Shown: positions 9,120-19,405, numbered from the stretch's first letter. The stretch is DNA of 64,000 nucleotides from Candidatus Versatilivorator sp. (GCA_965207735.1 OZ242296.1:608001-672000), one strand, 5' to 3'. Notes: generated by a model from the sequence alone, not told the origin. A program made the numbers and translations.

Positions 9120-10228
9120 AGATCGAACAGATTGAGCTTCGGGAAGTACAGATGCCGCTGATCTCCTATTTCGAGACCAGCTTCGGACGAACCACGCTGC
9201 GGCGGGTGATTCTGGTTCGCGTCTTTGGAGAAGGCCTGGTTGGCTACGGAGAATCCACCGCTCCCGAGGGTCCCTTCTACAATCACGAATCCACCGCGAC
9301 CGCCTGGCACGTGTTGCAGGATTTCGTCGTCCCCAGGGTCTTTGCAGCGCAGATCTCCCATCCTCGGGACGTGGCTCCCCACCTCAAACGCATCCGCGGC
9401 CACAATATGGCCAAGGCCGCCGTGGAGACGGCCATCTGGGACCTCTACGCCCGCCTGCAGGGGAAACCCCTCCACCAGTTGCTTGGGGGCCGGCGGGAGA
9501 CCCTGGACTGCGGGGTCTCCATCGGCATTCAGGAGAGCCCCGGCAAGCTGCTCGACAAGATCGAGACGGAGCTGCTGGCGGGTTACCAGCGAATCAAGAT
9601 GAAGATCAAGCCGGGGTGGGACGTGGACGTGGTGAGGGAAGTCCGAAGGCGCTTCCCCGAGATCCTGCTCATGTGCGACGCCAACTCCGCCTACAGCCTG
9701 GCCGACCTGGAGCACCTGAAGGCTCTGGACGATTTCGACCTGTTGATGATTGAGCAGCCCCTGGCCTGGAACGACATCCTGGATCACGTCCAGTTGCAGA
9801 AGGCTCTGCGCACGCCCATCTGCCTGGACGAATCCATCCTGGATGGCGAAGATGCCCGCAAGGCCATCGATGCGGGGGCCTGCCGGATCATCAACATCAA
9901 GCTGGGAAGAGTCGGCGGCTACACCGAAGCCCTCCGGGTTCACGATGTCTGCCAGGAGCGCCGGATACCCGTCTGGTGCGGGGGAATGCTGGAATCGGGA
10001 ATCGGCCGGGCGCACAACGTGGCCCTCTCCACCCTGGCGAACTTCAGGTTGCCGGGGGATGTTTCGGCCAGCAAGCGCTATTTTCGGAAGGACCTGGTTG
10101 ATCCGGAAGTGGAAGTAGACCCGCAAGGCAGGATCCATGTGCTGCCGGATGCGGGCATCGGCTTCCGGCCGTGCCTGAAGACCATCGAGCAGGTGACGGT
10201 GAAGACCCGGTTCCTGCGGCCGCGGTAG
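9116..10228 (+). CDS. menC: o-succinylbenzoate synthase / N-succinylamino-acid racemase (enolase superfamily)
   Basis: FETSFG, KMKIKPG, DAN, IEQPL, CLDES, INIK, WCGGMLESGIGR, PGDVSAS motifs; ATGA overlap with the M20 gene. Confidence 0.88.
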   Translation: MKIEQIELREVQMPLISYFETSFGRTTLRRVILVRVFGEGLVGYGESTAPEGPFYNHESTATAWHVLQDFVVPRVFAAQISHPRDVAPHLKRIRGHNMAKAAVETAIWDLYARLQGKPLHQLLGGRRETLDCGVSIGIQESPGKLLDKIETELLAGYQRIKMKIKPGWDVDVVREVRRRFPEILLMCDANSAYSLADLEHLKALDDFDLLMIEQPLAWNDILDHVQLQKALRTPICLDESILDGEDARKAIDAGACRIINIKLGRVGGYTEALRVHDVCQERRIPVWCGGMLESGIGRAHNVALSTLANFRLPGDVSASKRYFRKDLVDPEVEVDPQGRIHVLPDAGIGFRPCLKTIEQVTVKTRFLRPR

Positions 10229-10323
10229 GATCCCTGGGGCATCAGCTCTCGATCCACAATGGGGCACCAGGGCAAAAAGATACCCACGAAGGGACATGAA
10301 GAGACGCGATAGAGACTTTATTT

Positions 10324-10515
10324 ACATGGATGTACAGGATAAACAGGATTTTTTGGCGGGAGGATTCAACGCTTTGAGTTCAACCATCGCCCATGTTCCA
10401 ACACGGATTTTCCCAAGTACGCTCCCAGGCTCATGGGTCACTTCCAACCGGCGAGTCCGCATGCAGTGCCACAGCGTCTCGTCCTGATTATCCTGTCTAT
10501 CCTGTGAATCCATGT
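10324..10515. repeat. palindrome-flanked miniature element (GxxExxY-type flanks)
   Basis: ACATGGATGTACAGGATA...TATCCTGTGAATCCATGT imperfect terminal inverted repeats; related copy at 62593-62745. Confidence 0.6.
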
Positions 10516-10631
10516 TCAATATGTAGTTAACCAGGTTAACGGGACATGTCCCCTGTTCCCGAGTGGCCATGAGAGGAGGTTGTTTCACTCTCGTATGATC
10601 CGCCCGGCACGGCGGGGCCCGGACTTATCTC

Positions 10632-11732
10632 TCAAACTTGTTTCGACTCAAGAGATCCGGTCCGCTCCAGCAATCGCTGCAAGGCTTCCTTCACCTGATC
10701 GGGCGTAATGCTAAGGATACAGTGGGGTTCGCCGTACACATCACAGCGGTAGCCGGGGCAGGGATTGCAGTCGAAGGGATTCTGCACGATTTCATGAGCG
10801 GCTTGCCAGGGGTGCCACAGGTCTGAATCGGAGGAACCGAACAGCACCAGCACGGGGACTCCCAATGCCGCCGCCATGTGGGTGGGGCCGCTGTCGTTGC
10901 CCACGAACAGACTGGCCTGATCCAGCACCCAGGTCAATTCAGAGATCGAAAGGCCCCAGATTGAAGCAGGCCGGGCTCGGCAGAGGTCGGCCACCCTCTT
11001 GATCTTGGACTCCTCCTCCTCGGTACCGACCAGCAGGGTGGCATAGCCGTACTCGTTCTGCAGGGTATCGGAGATCTCGGCAAATCCGGCATCGGTCCAC
11101 TCCTTGGTATGGAAGCGGGAACTGGGCTGAATCACGCAGACCGGCCGGGAGGGTGGGAGCCCGGCATCCCGCAGGCGAACCTCCAGATTGGACCGGAGAT
11201 CCGGGTCCGGAAAGAGGCGCGCCGGAGGCGCAGGACCTTCTTCCAGGCCCAGTCGATAGAGCCACTCCAATTGGAATCTGGCCGAGTGCCAGCGCACCCC
11301 GGGGGGCGGCGACGGCAGCCTGGTCCTGACGTTGTAGCAGAAGGAATTGCGATAGCCGTGCAGGCCGATACGATGGCGCGCACCGCTCATCCCGGTGAGC
11401 CAGGCGCTGGTAGTGCCTCCGTGCAGGTTGATACAGCAGTCGAAACGGTTTTTGCGGATCTGCCGCAGCGTCTGCCAGCGAGCCTTGGCGGTGGACCTTT
11501 GTTTGGTCCCGCGGACCTGCAGAGGGAAGACAGATTCCAGATCAGGATTGCGGCGCAGCGCTTCATCGTAGGGTTCTTCCACCAGCGCCGAAAGCTGCAG
11601 GTCGGGCCTCCAGGACTTGAGCGCGGCGTAGAGAGGGGTTGACAGAATGGTGTCTCCCAGAGAGCGAAGCCGGATGAACAGGATCCTGGAGCCGGGCGGA
11701 AGGCGGGTCAACAGTCCTTCTGGAGGTGTCAT
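10632..11732 (-). CDS. glycosyltransferase family 9 (heptosyltransferase-like)
   Basis: RLRSLGDTIL, KEW, FVGNDSGPTHMAAALG, C-terminal CNPC motifs. Confidence 0.9.
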   Translation of the reverse strand: MTPPEGLLTRLPPGSRILFIRLRSLGDTILSTPLYAALKSWRPDLQLSALVEEPYDEALRRNPDLESVFPLQVRGTKQRSTAKARWQTLRQIRKNRFDCCINLHGGTTSAWLTGMSGARHRIGLHGYRNSFCYNVRTRLPSPPPGVRWHSARFQLEWLYRLGLEEGPAPPARLFPDPDLRSNLEVRLRDAGLPPSRPVCVIQPSSRFHTKEWTDAGFAEISDTLQNEYGYATLLVGTEEEESKIKRVADLCRARPASIWGLSISELTWVLDQASLFVGNDSGPTHMAAALGVPVLVLFGSSDSDLWHPWQAAHEIVQNPFDCNPCPGYRCDVYGEPHCILSITPDQVKEALQRLLERTGSLESKQV

Positions 11733-12068
11733 CTCGAATCCCTTGGGATTTCGGTTACAAGACTCTCCCAAAGCGTGCCCGTTGGCTTTGTACACCGAGC
11801 GCCTGACGGACATTCCAAGTCCGACAGCGCAGAAGTTGTCACCGAGCATTCGGGGTGCCGGATGGATGGCTATGATATCCCAATTCGCAGCGGACCGGCC
11901 GGCCGGGACCGGCATTGGATAGTGAATAGTGGACAGCCCATTTTCCCCTATTTTTGATCCGCACGGCAGGGCAATGGCCAGGATAACCACTCTCCACTAT
12001 CCACTAACCACTACAAACGGTGCTAGACTACCCGGACCCATCTGGATTTCCTGAAACAGGAGGACGCA

Positions 12069-13400
12069 GTGGCAACCAAGGCTGAGAAGCGCAGGGTTCT
12101 GGACGTCATCGACGGCATGCAGGAGGAAATTGTGACGGCCGTCAGCGAACTGGTGCGGATTCGCAGCATCAATCCGGGATACCCCGGGACCGATTACGAG
12201 GCGGAAGTCGGAGGCGAAACCCAAGCCAATCGGTACCTGGCGGGACACTACCAGCAGCTTGGACTGGACGTCGACCTGTGGGAGGTGGAGCCCAAGCGGG
12301 CCAATCTGGCCGGCGTATGGAAAGGGACCGGCGGGGGCAAGTCGCTGCTCTTCAATGGCCATATCGATACGGTTCCCACCGGCCTGCCCGAGACCTGGAA
12401 GTCCGGAGACCCCCTGAGCGGCAAGGTCGAGGCAGGCCGAATCTACGGCCGGGGGTCCTGCGACATGAAGGGACCGCTGGTCTCTCAGATGATGGCCATC
12501 AAAGCGATCCAGTCGGTGGGTGTCAAGCTCAAGGGGGACCTGACTCTCTCCGCCACGGCGGGCGAAGAGAATATGGACAGCGCCACCATCGGCGCCGGCG
12601 ATCTGCCCAAGCGGGGCTATCGGGCCGACGCCGCGGTGGTCTCGGAACCTTCGGCGCCACCTCACCCCCTGGCCGTGGTGCCGGTCTCGCCGGGCTTGTG
12701 GTGGGTCAGTGTGACTGTAGAAGGGAAGGCCAGCCACGCCTCCACCCGGGGAGAGACCTTTCGGGCCGGAGGCCTGGGAGCCGAGGTTGCCGTCAATGCC
12801 ATCGACAAGGGCGTTTATCTGGTCAACATGATCCGCAAGCTGGAAGACCAGTGGGGATTGACCAAGAAACATCCTCTGTTCAAGCCCGGTCACTTCACCA
12901 TGCTGCCGGGCGTCATCACGGGAGCCCCGCACGGCGTGCAGGTGCCCTTCTTCATTTCGGATTACTGCACGATCGAGTATTGCCTGTGGTATCACCCGGA
13001 GGATTCTCCCGAGGCTGTCCAGCAGGAGTTCGAGGACTACCTGCGCCATGCCTGCCAGCTCGACGAGTGGCTCCGAAACCATCCGCCCAAGGTGGAATGG
13101 AAGGTCAACTGGCCGGCCTATTCGGTGGACCCCGGCCATGCGATCTGTCAAGCCATGGCCTCTGCCCACGGGGAAGCGGCACAGGGAACACGCTTCGACG
13201 TGCCGGCCAGGTTCGCCGGATTCTACGCGGTGTGCGACGCTGCCTTTCTCAATCCGCAGGGGATTCCAAGCATTGTCTACGGGCCGGGAAGCATCCTGGT
13301 CGCCCACGCTGCCGATGAGTACGTGGAAATCGACGAGCTCATGGTGGCCACCAAGGCCTATGCCATGCTGGCCATGGATTGGTGTGAAGTGAGCGAGTAG
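12069..13400 (+). CDS. ArgE/DapE family deacylase (M20)
   Basis: NGHIDTVP, GRGSCDMKG, GEE, SEP, AHAADE motifs; AGGAGG RBS before GTG. Confidence 0.9.
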   Translation: MATKAEKRRVLDVIDGMQEEIVTAVSELVRIRSINPGYPGTDYEAEVGGETQANRYLAGHYQQLGLDVDLWEVEPKRANLAGVWKGTGGGKSLLFNGHIDTVPTGLPETWKSGDPLSGKVEAGRIYGRGSCDMKGPLVSQMMAIKAIQSVGVKLKGDLTLSATAGEENMDSATIGAGDLPKRGYRADAAVVSEPSAPPHPLAVVPVSPGLWWVSVTVEGKASHASTRGETFRAGGLGAEVAVNAIDKGVYLVNMIRKLEDQWGLTKKHPLFKPGHFTMLPGVITGAPHGVQVPFFISDYCTIEYCLWYHPEDSPEAVQQEFEDYLRHACQLDEWLRNHPPKVEWKVNWPAYSVDPGHAICQAMASAHGEAAQGTRFDVPARFAGFYAVCDAAFLNPQGIPSIVYGPGSILVAHAADEYVEIDELMVATKAYAMLAMDWCEVSE

Positions 13401-13441
13401 AACCGCCGCCGCCCGGCATTTTGAGGGCTACAGGAGTGGTG

Positions 13442-14851
13442 ATGGACAACGACCCCATCGTTTATCCCTACATTCCGAACTCGGTCCCGGAAATCAAGAG
13501 GCGGATGCTCGAGGAGATCGGAGCCGGCAGTACCGAGGAGCTCTATGCCGAGATCCCGAGCCACTTGCGGTTCAAGGGACAACTGAACCTTCCCGACCCC
13601 ATCCTGGACGAGGCCTCGATCAAGAGGCACGTGGAGCGGTTGCTGCGGAAGAACCGGAACTGTACGGAGTACCTCAGCTTCCTGGGGGCCGGCTGCGCTC
13701 AGCACTACGTTCCGGCGGTATGCGATGAGATCAACAACCGTGCCGAGTTCCTCACGGCATATGTCGGGGAGTCCTATGCCGATCACGGCAAGTGGCAGGC
13801 ATTTTTCGAGTATGCCAGCCTGATGGGGGATCTGCTGGAGATGGATGTCCTGAGCTGTCCCCTGTATGACGGCCCTCAGGCAGCCGCCACCTCTCTGCGC
13901 ATGGCCTCGAGGATCACCGGACGCACTCAGGTGCTTTTGCCCGGATCCATGGGTGAGGAGACCCTGTCCGTCGTCAGGAACTATCTCAAGGGGGGTGGGG
14001 ACTCGGCTCTCGAAGTGGACCTCATCCAGTTTGATCCGGCAAGCGGACTGGTGGACATCCGAGACCTGAAGGCCAGGCTGTCGGATCGGACGGCGGCGGT
14101 GGTGATTGAAAATCCCGGCTACCTGGGAGTGATTGAAACCCGGGCCGAGGAGATCAGCCGAATGGTTCAAGCCCATGGCGCCGAATTGGTGGTCTATGCG
14201 GACCCCGTTTCGCTGGGCGTGATGGCCCCTCCGGCAAGTTACGGAGCCAGTTTCGCCTGCGGGGATTTCCATTCCCTGGGCATGCATCTGCTGTGTGGCG
14301 GCGGACAAGGCGGCTTTATCGCCACCCATGACGACATGAGGTATGTGGCCGAGTTCAAGGACTTGATGTTCGGTCTTACCGAAACGGTCCGCGAAGGGGA
14401 GTATGGCTTCGGAGAGGTGCTTTTCGAAAGGACCTCCTACGGTTCCCGGGAAAAGGGCAAGGAGTATACGGGCACCACCACCGGGTTGTGGGCCATCACG
14501 GCAGGAGTTTATCTGGCCTTGTTGGGGCCCAAGGGGATGCAGGAGCTGGGCCAGGTCATCATGCAGAAAGCCCAGTATGCCGCCAAGCGCATCGCAGGTA
14601 TCCCGGGCATCGAGGTTCTCTTTCCCACGCCCTTCTTCAAGGAATTCGTGGTGAGCTTCGCTGGCACCGGCCGGAGCGTGAAGCAGGTCAACAAGTCCCT
14701 GCTGGAGCACCGGATCATTGGCGGCAAGGATCTCTCCGGAGAATTCCCGGAACTGGGGCAGAGCGCCCTCTATTGCGTCACCGAAATCATGACCAAGGAA
14801 GACATCGACCGGCTGGTCATGGCCGTGGAGACTGTCGCAGGGCAAGGTTGA
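13442..14851 (+). CDS. gcvPA: glycine dehydrogenase subunit 1-like (divergent)
   Basis: YPYIPN, FLGAG, EFLTAY, LYDG, YCVTE motifs; several canonical motifs altered. Confidence 0.8.
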   Translation: MDNDPIVYPYIPNSVPEIKRRMLEEIGAGSTEELYAEIPSHLRFKGQLNLPDPILDEASIKRHVERLLRKNRNCTEYLSFLGAGCAQHYVPAVCDEINNRAEFLTAYVGESYADHGKWQAFFEYASLMGDLLEMDVLSCPLYDGPQAAATSLRMASRITGRTQVLLPGSMGEETLSVVRNYLKGGGDSALEVDLIQFDPASGLVDIRDLKARLSDRTAAVVIENPGYLGVIETRAEEISRMVQAHGAELVVYADPVSLGVMAPPASYGASFACGDFHSLGMHLLCGGGQGGFIATHDDMRYVAEFKDLMFGLTETVREGEYGFGEVLFERTSYGSREKGKEYTGTTTGLWAITAGVYLALLGPKGMQELGQVIMQKAQYAAKRIAGIPGIEVLFPTPFFKEFVVSFAGTGRSVKQVNKSLLEHRIIGGKDLSGEFPELGQSALYCVTEIMTKEDIDRLVMAVETVAGQG

Positions 14852-14886
14852 GCATCCGCTGACCGGTTGCCCCGGGAGACGATTCA

Positions 14887-16464
14887 ATGGGCAGAAACAA
14901 GACCACGCTGTTGCGAAAGTTCCATCAGGCAAGGTGGGACGAGGAGATCATCTGCGAGATGAGCGTCCCGGGCGAGCGAGGAATCCTGGTTCCCAGGGTT
15001 GAAAGGGAAATAGAGGCCGAGGTTGGGGACGGTATTTCCAGGATTCCGCAAGGTCTCAGGAGGGAGAAGCCGGCCGCGCTCCCCGAAGTGAACCAGGTTC
15101 GGGTGCTCCGCCACTATCTGAGGCTGTCGCAGGAGACCATGGGCGCCGACATGACCGTCGATGCCAGCGAGGGGACCTGCACCATGAAGTACAGTCCCAA
15201 GGTTCACGAACAACTGGTGGGGAACCCGGGACTCCGGGATATTCATCCTCTTCAGGACGAAGACACCATGCAGGGCATCCTGGAGGTTTACTTCCGACTG
15301 GAGGAGTTCCTCAAGGAGATCTCGGGGCTGGACCATTTCAGTTTTCAACCCGGAGGCGGGGCCCAGGGAGTCTACGCCAATGCCTGCATGGTTCGGGCCT
15401 GGCACGAGGCCAGGAAGGACGAGAACAGATCGGAAATCATCACCACGCTGTTCTCCCATCCCTGCGATGCCGCCAGTCCGGCCACCGCCGGATACAAGGT
15501 GGTCACGCTCATGCCCGACGAGAGCGGTTATCCCGACCTGGAAGCCATGAAGGCGGCTCTGTCCGAGCGCACGGCCGGAATCTTCATCACCAACCCCGAG
15601 GACACCGGGATCTACAACCCCAGGATCGATGAATTTGTCAAGGCCGCCCACGAGGTGGGAGCGCTCTGCGCCTACGACCAGGCCAACGCCAACGGGATCC
15701 TGGGAATCACCCGAGCCAAGGAAGCCGGATTCGACCTGTGCCACTTCAATATCCACAAGACCTTCTCCTCTCCCCATGCCTGCATGGGGCATTCCACCGG
15801 GGCCGTCGGAGTGGCCGGGGAGCTGGGACGGTTTCTGCCGGTTCCCCGGGTGACGTATAACGGAACCAAGTACCGCCTGGAGTACGATCGGCCCGAGAGT
15901 ATCGGCAGGGTACGGTGCTTTTTCGGAAACGCGTCCACGATTCTGCGGGCCTACGCCTGGATCCTGCAGCACGGGGCCGACGGGCTGCGGGAAGTCGCCG
16001 AGTGCTCGGTGCTCAACAACAACTACCTGCTCAAGAAGCTGAGCGAGATCCCGGGGGTGGTGATTCAGTATGCCGAAGGGAAACGCCGGCTGGAACAGGT
16101 TCGCTACTCCTGGGACAAGCTGAAGCAGGACACGGGAGTCGGCACCGAAGACGTGATGCGGCGAATGGCCGACTTCGGACTTCAGCACTACTGGATGAGT
16201 CATCCTCCCTGGATTGTGCCGGAACCGTTTACCCTGGAACCCTGCGAGTCCTATTCCAAGGACGACCTGGACGAGTACGTCGCCGTCCTTCGGCAAATTT
16301 CCAGGGAGGCCTACCAGGATCCCCAATTGGTCAAGAACGCTCCCCACAACTCCGTGGTCCACAGGGTTCCCTCGCCGGGCATCGACGAACCCGAGAGAAT
16401 CGCCGTCACCTGGCGCCAGTATCAGCGAAAAAAGCGCGTCGATTCCGTCAAGCCGCAGTCGTAA
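14887..16464 (+). CDS. gcvPB: glycine dehydrogenase subunit 2-like (PLP-dependent, divergent)
   Basis: CTMKYSP, HPLQ, TNPEDTG, YDQAN, HFNIHKTFSSPH (PLP lysine), LEPCES motifs. Confidence 0.82.
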   Translation: MGRNKTTLLRKFHQARWDEEIICEMSVPGERGILVPRVEREIEAEVGDGISRIPQGLRREKPAALPEVNQVRVLRHYLRLSQETMGADMTVDASEGTCTMKYSPKVHEQLVGNPGLRDIHPLQDEDTMQGILEVYFRLEEFLKEISGLDHFSFQPGGGAQGVYANACMVRAWHEARKDENRSEIITTLFSHPCDAASPATAGYKVVTLMPDESGYPDLEAMKAALSERTAGIFITNPEDTGIYNPRIDEFVKAAHEVGALCAYDQANANGILGITRAKEAGFDLCHFNIHKTFSSPHACMGHSTGAVGVAGELGRFLPVPRVTYNGTKYRLEYDRPESIGRVRCFFGNASTILRAYAWILQHGADGLREVAECSVLNNNYLLKKLSEIPGVVIQYAEGKRRLEQVRYSWDKLKQDTGVGTEDVMRRMADFGLQHYWMSHPPWIVPEPFTLEPCESYSKDDLDEYVAVLRQISREAYQDPQLVKNAPHNSVVHRVPSPGIDEPERIAVTWRQYQRKKRVDSVKPQS

Positions 16465-16470
16465 TTGCCG

Positions 16471-17589
16471 ATGAAGACCCTGGGGCTCATAGTCAATCCC
16501 GTCGCCGGGATGGGAGGCAGGGTCGGTCTCAAGGGCAGTGACGGCCCTGCAGTTCTGCGTCTGGCCCGAGAGCGGGGTGCGACTCCTGAAGCTCCTCAGC
16601 GGGTCAGCCAGGCGCTGGCCGCCTTTGCCCAAACCGGGGATCCGGTGGAATGGATCACCTGTCCCGGAGAGATGGGCGAGGACGTCTGCCGTGGGGTCGG
16701 TCTGGCTCCTCTGGTACTGAGTTCCATACGGGGAAGGGAAACCACCGGGGAGGATACCGAGCGGGCCGCCGGACTGTTGTTGGAGAGAGGGGTGGACCTG
16801 CTGCTGTTCGCGGGCGGGGACGGAACCGCCCGGAATGTTTGCACGGCCGTGGGCAACCGACTGGTGACGCTGGGAATCCCGGCCGGCGTCAAGATCCATT
16901 CGGCGGTCTACGCCGTGACCCCCCGGGACGCCGGCGAGTTGGCCCGCAGGTTTCTCGAGGGTGGGTTGAGGAGCGTTCGCGAGGGCGAGGTCATGGATAT
17001 CGACGAGGAGTCCTTTCGTCAAGGGGTGGTCGACGCCAGGCTCTACGGCTATCTGCGGGTGCCGGTGGAAGACCGGTATGTCCAACGGATGAAGGCGGGA
17101 GGAGTGGCGAGCGAGGCTCAGGCTCTGGCCGGGATGGCCGAGGAGGTTGTGGATTCCATGCAGGAGTCGGAGGTTCTTGCGATCGGACCCGGGACAACCA
17201 CCCGCGCCATCATGGAGCGGCTGGGGCTCTCAAGCACGCTGCTGGGCGTGGATGTCGTTTGCAACCGCCGCCTGGTTGCCCGGGATGTCTCGGAGCGGCA
17301 ACTGATGGATCTGACCGCCGGGCGTCGGGTAAGGATCGTGATCACCGTGATTGGAGGGCAGGGGTACATCCTGGGCCGGGGAAATCAGCAAATCGGCCCC
17401 ACGCTGCTCCGGCAGGTCGGGAAGGAAGGCCTGCTTGTGGTAGCCACCAAGGAGAAGCTGGCTTCCCTGGGGGGGCGGCCTCTTCTGGTCGACACCGGCG
17501 ACGAGGCTCTGAATCGCGAGCTGAGCGGTTACCTCCGTGTCATCACCGGTTATGAGGACTATGCCATCTACAGGGTAGGACACCGATAG
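16471..17589 (+). CDS. ATP-NAD kinase family (AcoX-like) protein
   Basis: IVNPVAGMGGRVGLKGSDG, GGDGTARN, GIPAGVKIHS, GRGNQQ motifs. Confidence 0.85.
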   Translation: MKTLGLIVNPVAGMGGRVGLKGSDGPAVLRLARERGATPEAPQRVSQALAAFAQTGDPVEWITCPGEMGEDVCRGVGLAPLVLSSIRGRETTGEDTERAAGLLLERGVDLLLFAGGDGTARNVCTAVGNRLVTLGIPAGVKIHSAVYAVTPRDAGELARRFLEGGLRSVREGEVMDIDEESFRQGVVDARLYGYLRVPVEDRYVQRMKAGGVASEAQALAGMAEEVVDSMQESEVLAIGPGTTTRAIMERLGLSSTLLGVDVVCNRRLVARDVSERQLMDLTAGRRVRIVITVIGGQGYILGRGNQQIGPTLLRQVGKEGLLVVATKEKLASLGGRPLLVDTGDEALNRELSGYLRVITGYEDYAIYRVGHR

Positions 17590-17837
17590 CCGCTCGATCG
17601 TGCACCGGCCCGGAGAGAAACGCGGGGCGGCCGGGTTGTTAGTGGGTCAGGCTGACCGGTTTCGATGACACTTCGATGACACTTGACGTGTCCGATTTGG
17701 AGGCAAGTGCTAGAATGGCAGCAGGCTTCGGGAGTACACCCGATCCTACAGGGATCTCCGACCGACCTGCAGGCTCTGTCGGCACTCGGCGGCTTCCGCC
17801 GACATCCTCCTACCAAACTCGTTCCAAGAGTATTGCC

Positions 17838-19160
17838 ATGAAGAAGATAGGCTTGGTGAGCCTGGGCTGCGAAAAGAACCTGGTCGACAGCGAGGTCATG
17901 CTGGGACTGCTGCGCCGAAGAGGCTACGAAATCACGCCGCAACCCGAACGGGCCGATGTGATTGTGGTCAACACTTGCGGCTTCATCGACAAGGCCAAGC
18001 AGGAGAGCGTGGACACCATCCTGGAGATGGCGGAATTCAAGAACAGCGGCCAGTGCTGCCGGCTGGTGGTTACCGGTTGCCTGGTGGAGCGCTACAGGAA
18101 TGAGATTCAAACGGAGATTCCGGAGGTGGACGCTGTCCTGGGAACGACCCAGTTGGAGTCCATTATCGACCTCTGCGAGGGTCGAACCCCGCCCAGGATC
18201 GAAAACCCCTACTACCTCTACGACGAAAGGACTCCCCGCCTGCTGACGACCCCCGGTTACACGGCCTATATCAAAATCGCCGAGGGTTGCGACCGCCCCT
18301 GTTCCTTTTGCGTTATCCCCAGGATTCGTGGACGCCATCGCAGCCGTCCCATGGATTCCATCCTGAAGGAGGCTCGATTTCTGGCCCAGGGCGGAGTCAG
18401 GGAAATCGTCCTGATCTCTCAGGAGACCACCCACTACGGTTCCGACCTTGGATTGAAGCAGGGGCTCTCCAGGCTGCTGAGGGAACTGGCCAAGGTGGAA
18501 GGGATCGCCTGGATTCGCTTTCTTTACGCGTTTCCTTCGCAACTGGGAGAGGATGTGCTGGAAGCCATGCGGGACGAGGAAAAGGTCTGCCGCTACCTGG
18601 ACATGCCGCTCCAGCACGCCAGCCGGAGGATCCTGAGATCGATGAAGCGGGGAGGGAGCAGCTCCAGCCTGTGCCGGCTGCTGGATCGGGTTCGGGAAAT
18701 GGTTCCGGGCATCACCTTGCGGACCTCCATGATCGTGGGGTATCCCGGTGAGACCGAAGAGGAATTTGCGGAGTTGTGCCGCTTCGTGGAAACGATCCAG
18801 TTCGATCGGCTGGGCGCCTTTACCTATTCGGACGAGGAGGAAGCCGGCAGCTATGGTCTGGAGGGCAAGCTGCCGCCAACTCTGATCGAACGACGACGAC
18901 GCCGGTTGATGGGAATCCAGGCGAGGGTTTCCCGGCGAAAGAACCGGAGTATGGTGGGGAAGCGCGAACCCGTGCTGGTTGAGGGAAAGTCATCCGAAAG
19001 CGATCTCCTTTGGCAAGGACGGCTGGAGTCTCAAGCCCCCAGAATCGATGGCGTGGTCCTGATCAACGACCTGGAGGGTGCGCCTCCCGACTCGGGCGAA
19101 TTTGGCAACGTTGAAATTACCCGGGCCATGAACTATGATCTGGTGGGCCGGCTGGTATAG
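17838..19160 (+). CDS. rimO: ribosomal protein S12 methylthiotransferase
   Basis: SLGCEKNLVDSE, NTCGFI, radical SAM CDRPCSFC, TRAM-like C-terminus. Confidence 0.96.
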   Translation: MKKIGLVSLGCEKNLVDSEVMLGLLRRRGYEITPQPERADVIVVNTCGFIDKAKQESVDTILEMAEFKNSGQCCRLVVTGCLVERYRNEIQTEIPEVDAVLGTTQLESIIDLCEGRTPPRIENPYYLYDERTPRLLTTPGYTAYIKIAEGCDRPCSFCVIPRIRGRHRSRPMDSILKEARFLAQGGVREIVLISQETTHYGSDLGLKQGLSRLLRELAKVEGIAWIRFLYAFPSQLGEDVLEAMRDEEKVCRYLDMPLQHASRRILRSMKRGGSSSSLCRLLDRVREMVPGITLRTSMIVGYPGETEEEFAELCRFVETIQFDRLGAFTYSDEEEAGSYGLEGKLPPTLIERRRRRLMGIQARVSRRKNRSMVGKREPVLVEGKSSESDLLWQGRLESQAPRIDGVVLINDLEGAPPDSGEFGNVEITRAMNYDLVGRLV

Positions 19161-19228
19161 ATCGCGGTGTATTGCCGGTGTCGGGTAGGGGCGGGCGCTC
19201 CCTGTCGCCTCGGGGGATCTGCGCGGTG

Positions 19229-19405
19229 ATGAAGTGTCCCATTTGCAGGAGGCCGGTTCGGTGGGAAGAAAACCCCTGCCGCCCCTTTTGCAGTCCGCGC
19301 TGCCAAATGCGTGATCTGGGAAACTGGGCGACGGATCGTTACACGGTTTCAGCGGAGAATACACCCGAAGTCGAGGAAGCTGAAGAAGCGCCGGTCGAAG
19401 AATAG
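19229..19405 (+). CDS. yacG: DNA gyrase inhibitor YacG (zinc finger)
   Basis: CPIC...PFCSPRC..RDLGNW pattern. Confidence 0.9.
   Translation: MKCPICRRPVRWEENPCRPFCSPRCQMRDLGNWATDRYTVSAENTPEVEEAEEAPVEE

Noticed and set aside
14884-17085. Long antisense ORFs (this one, and 56393-58264, 13358-14932, 11997-13307)
   Set aside because: Shadow frames of well-supported genes, typical of high-GC DNA
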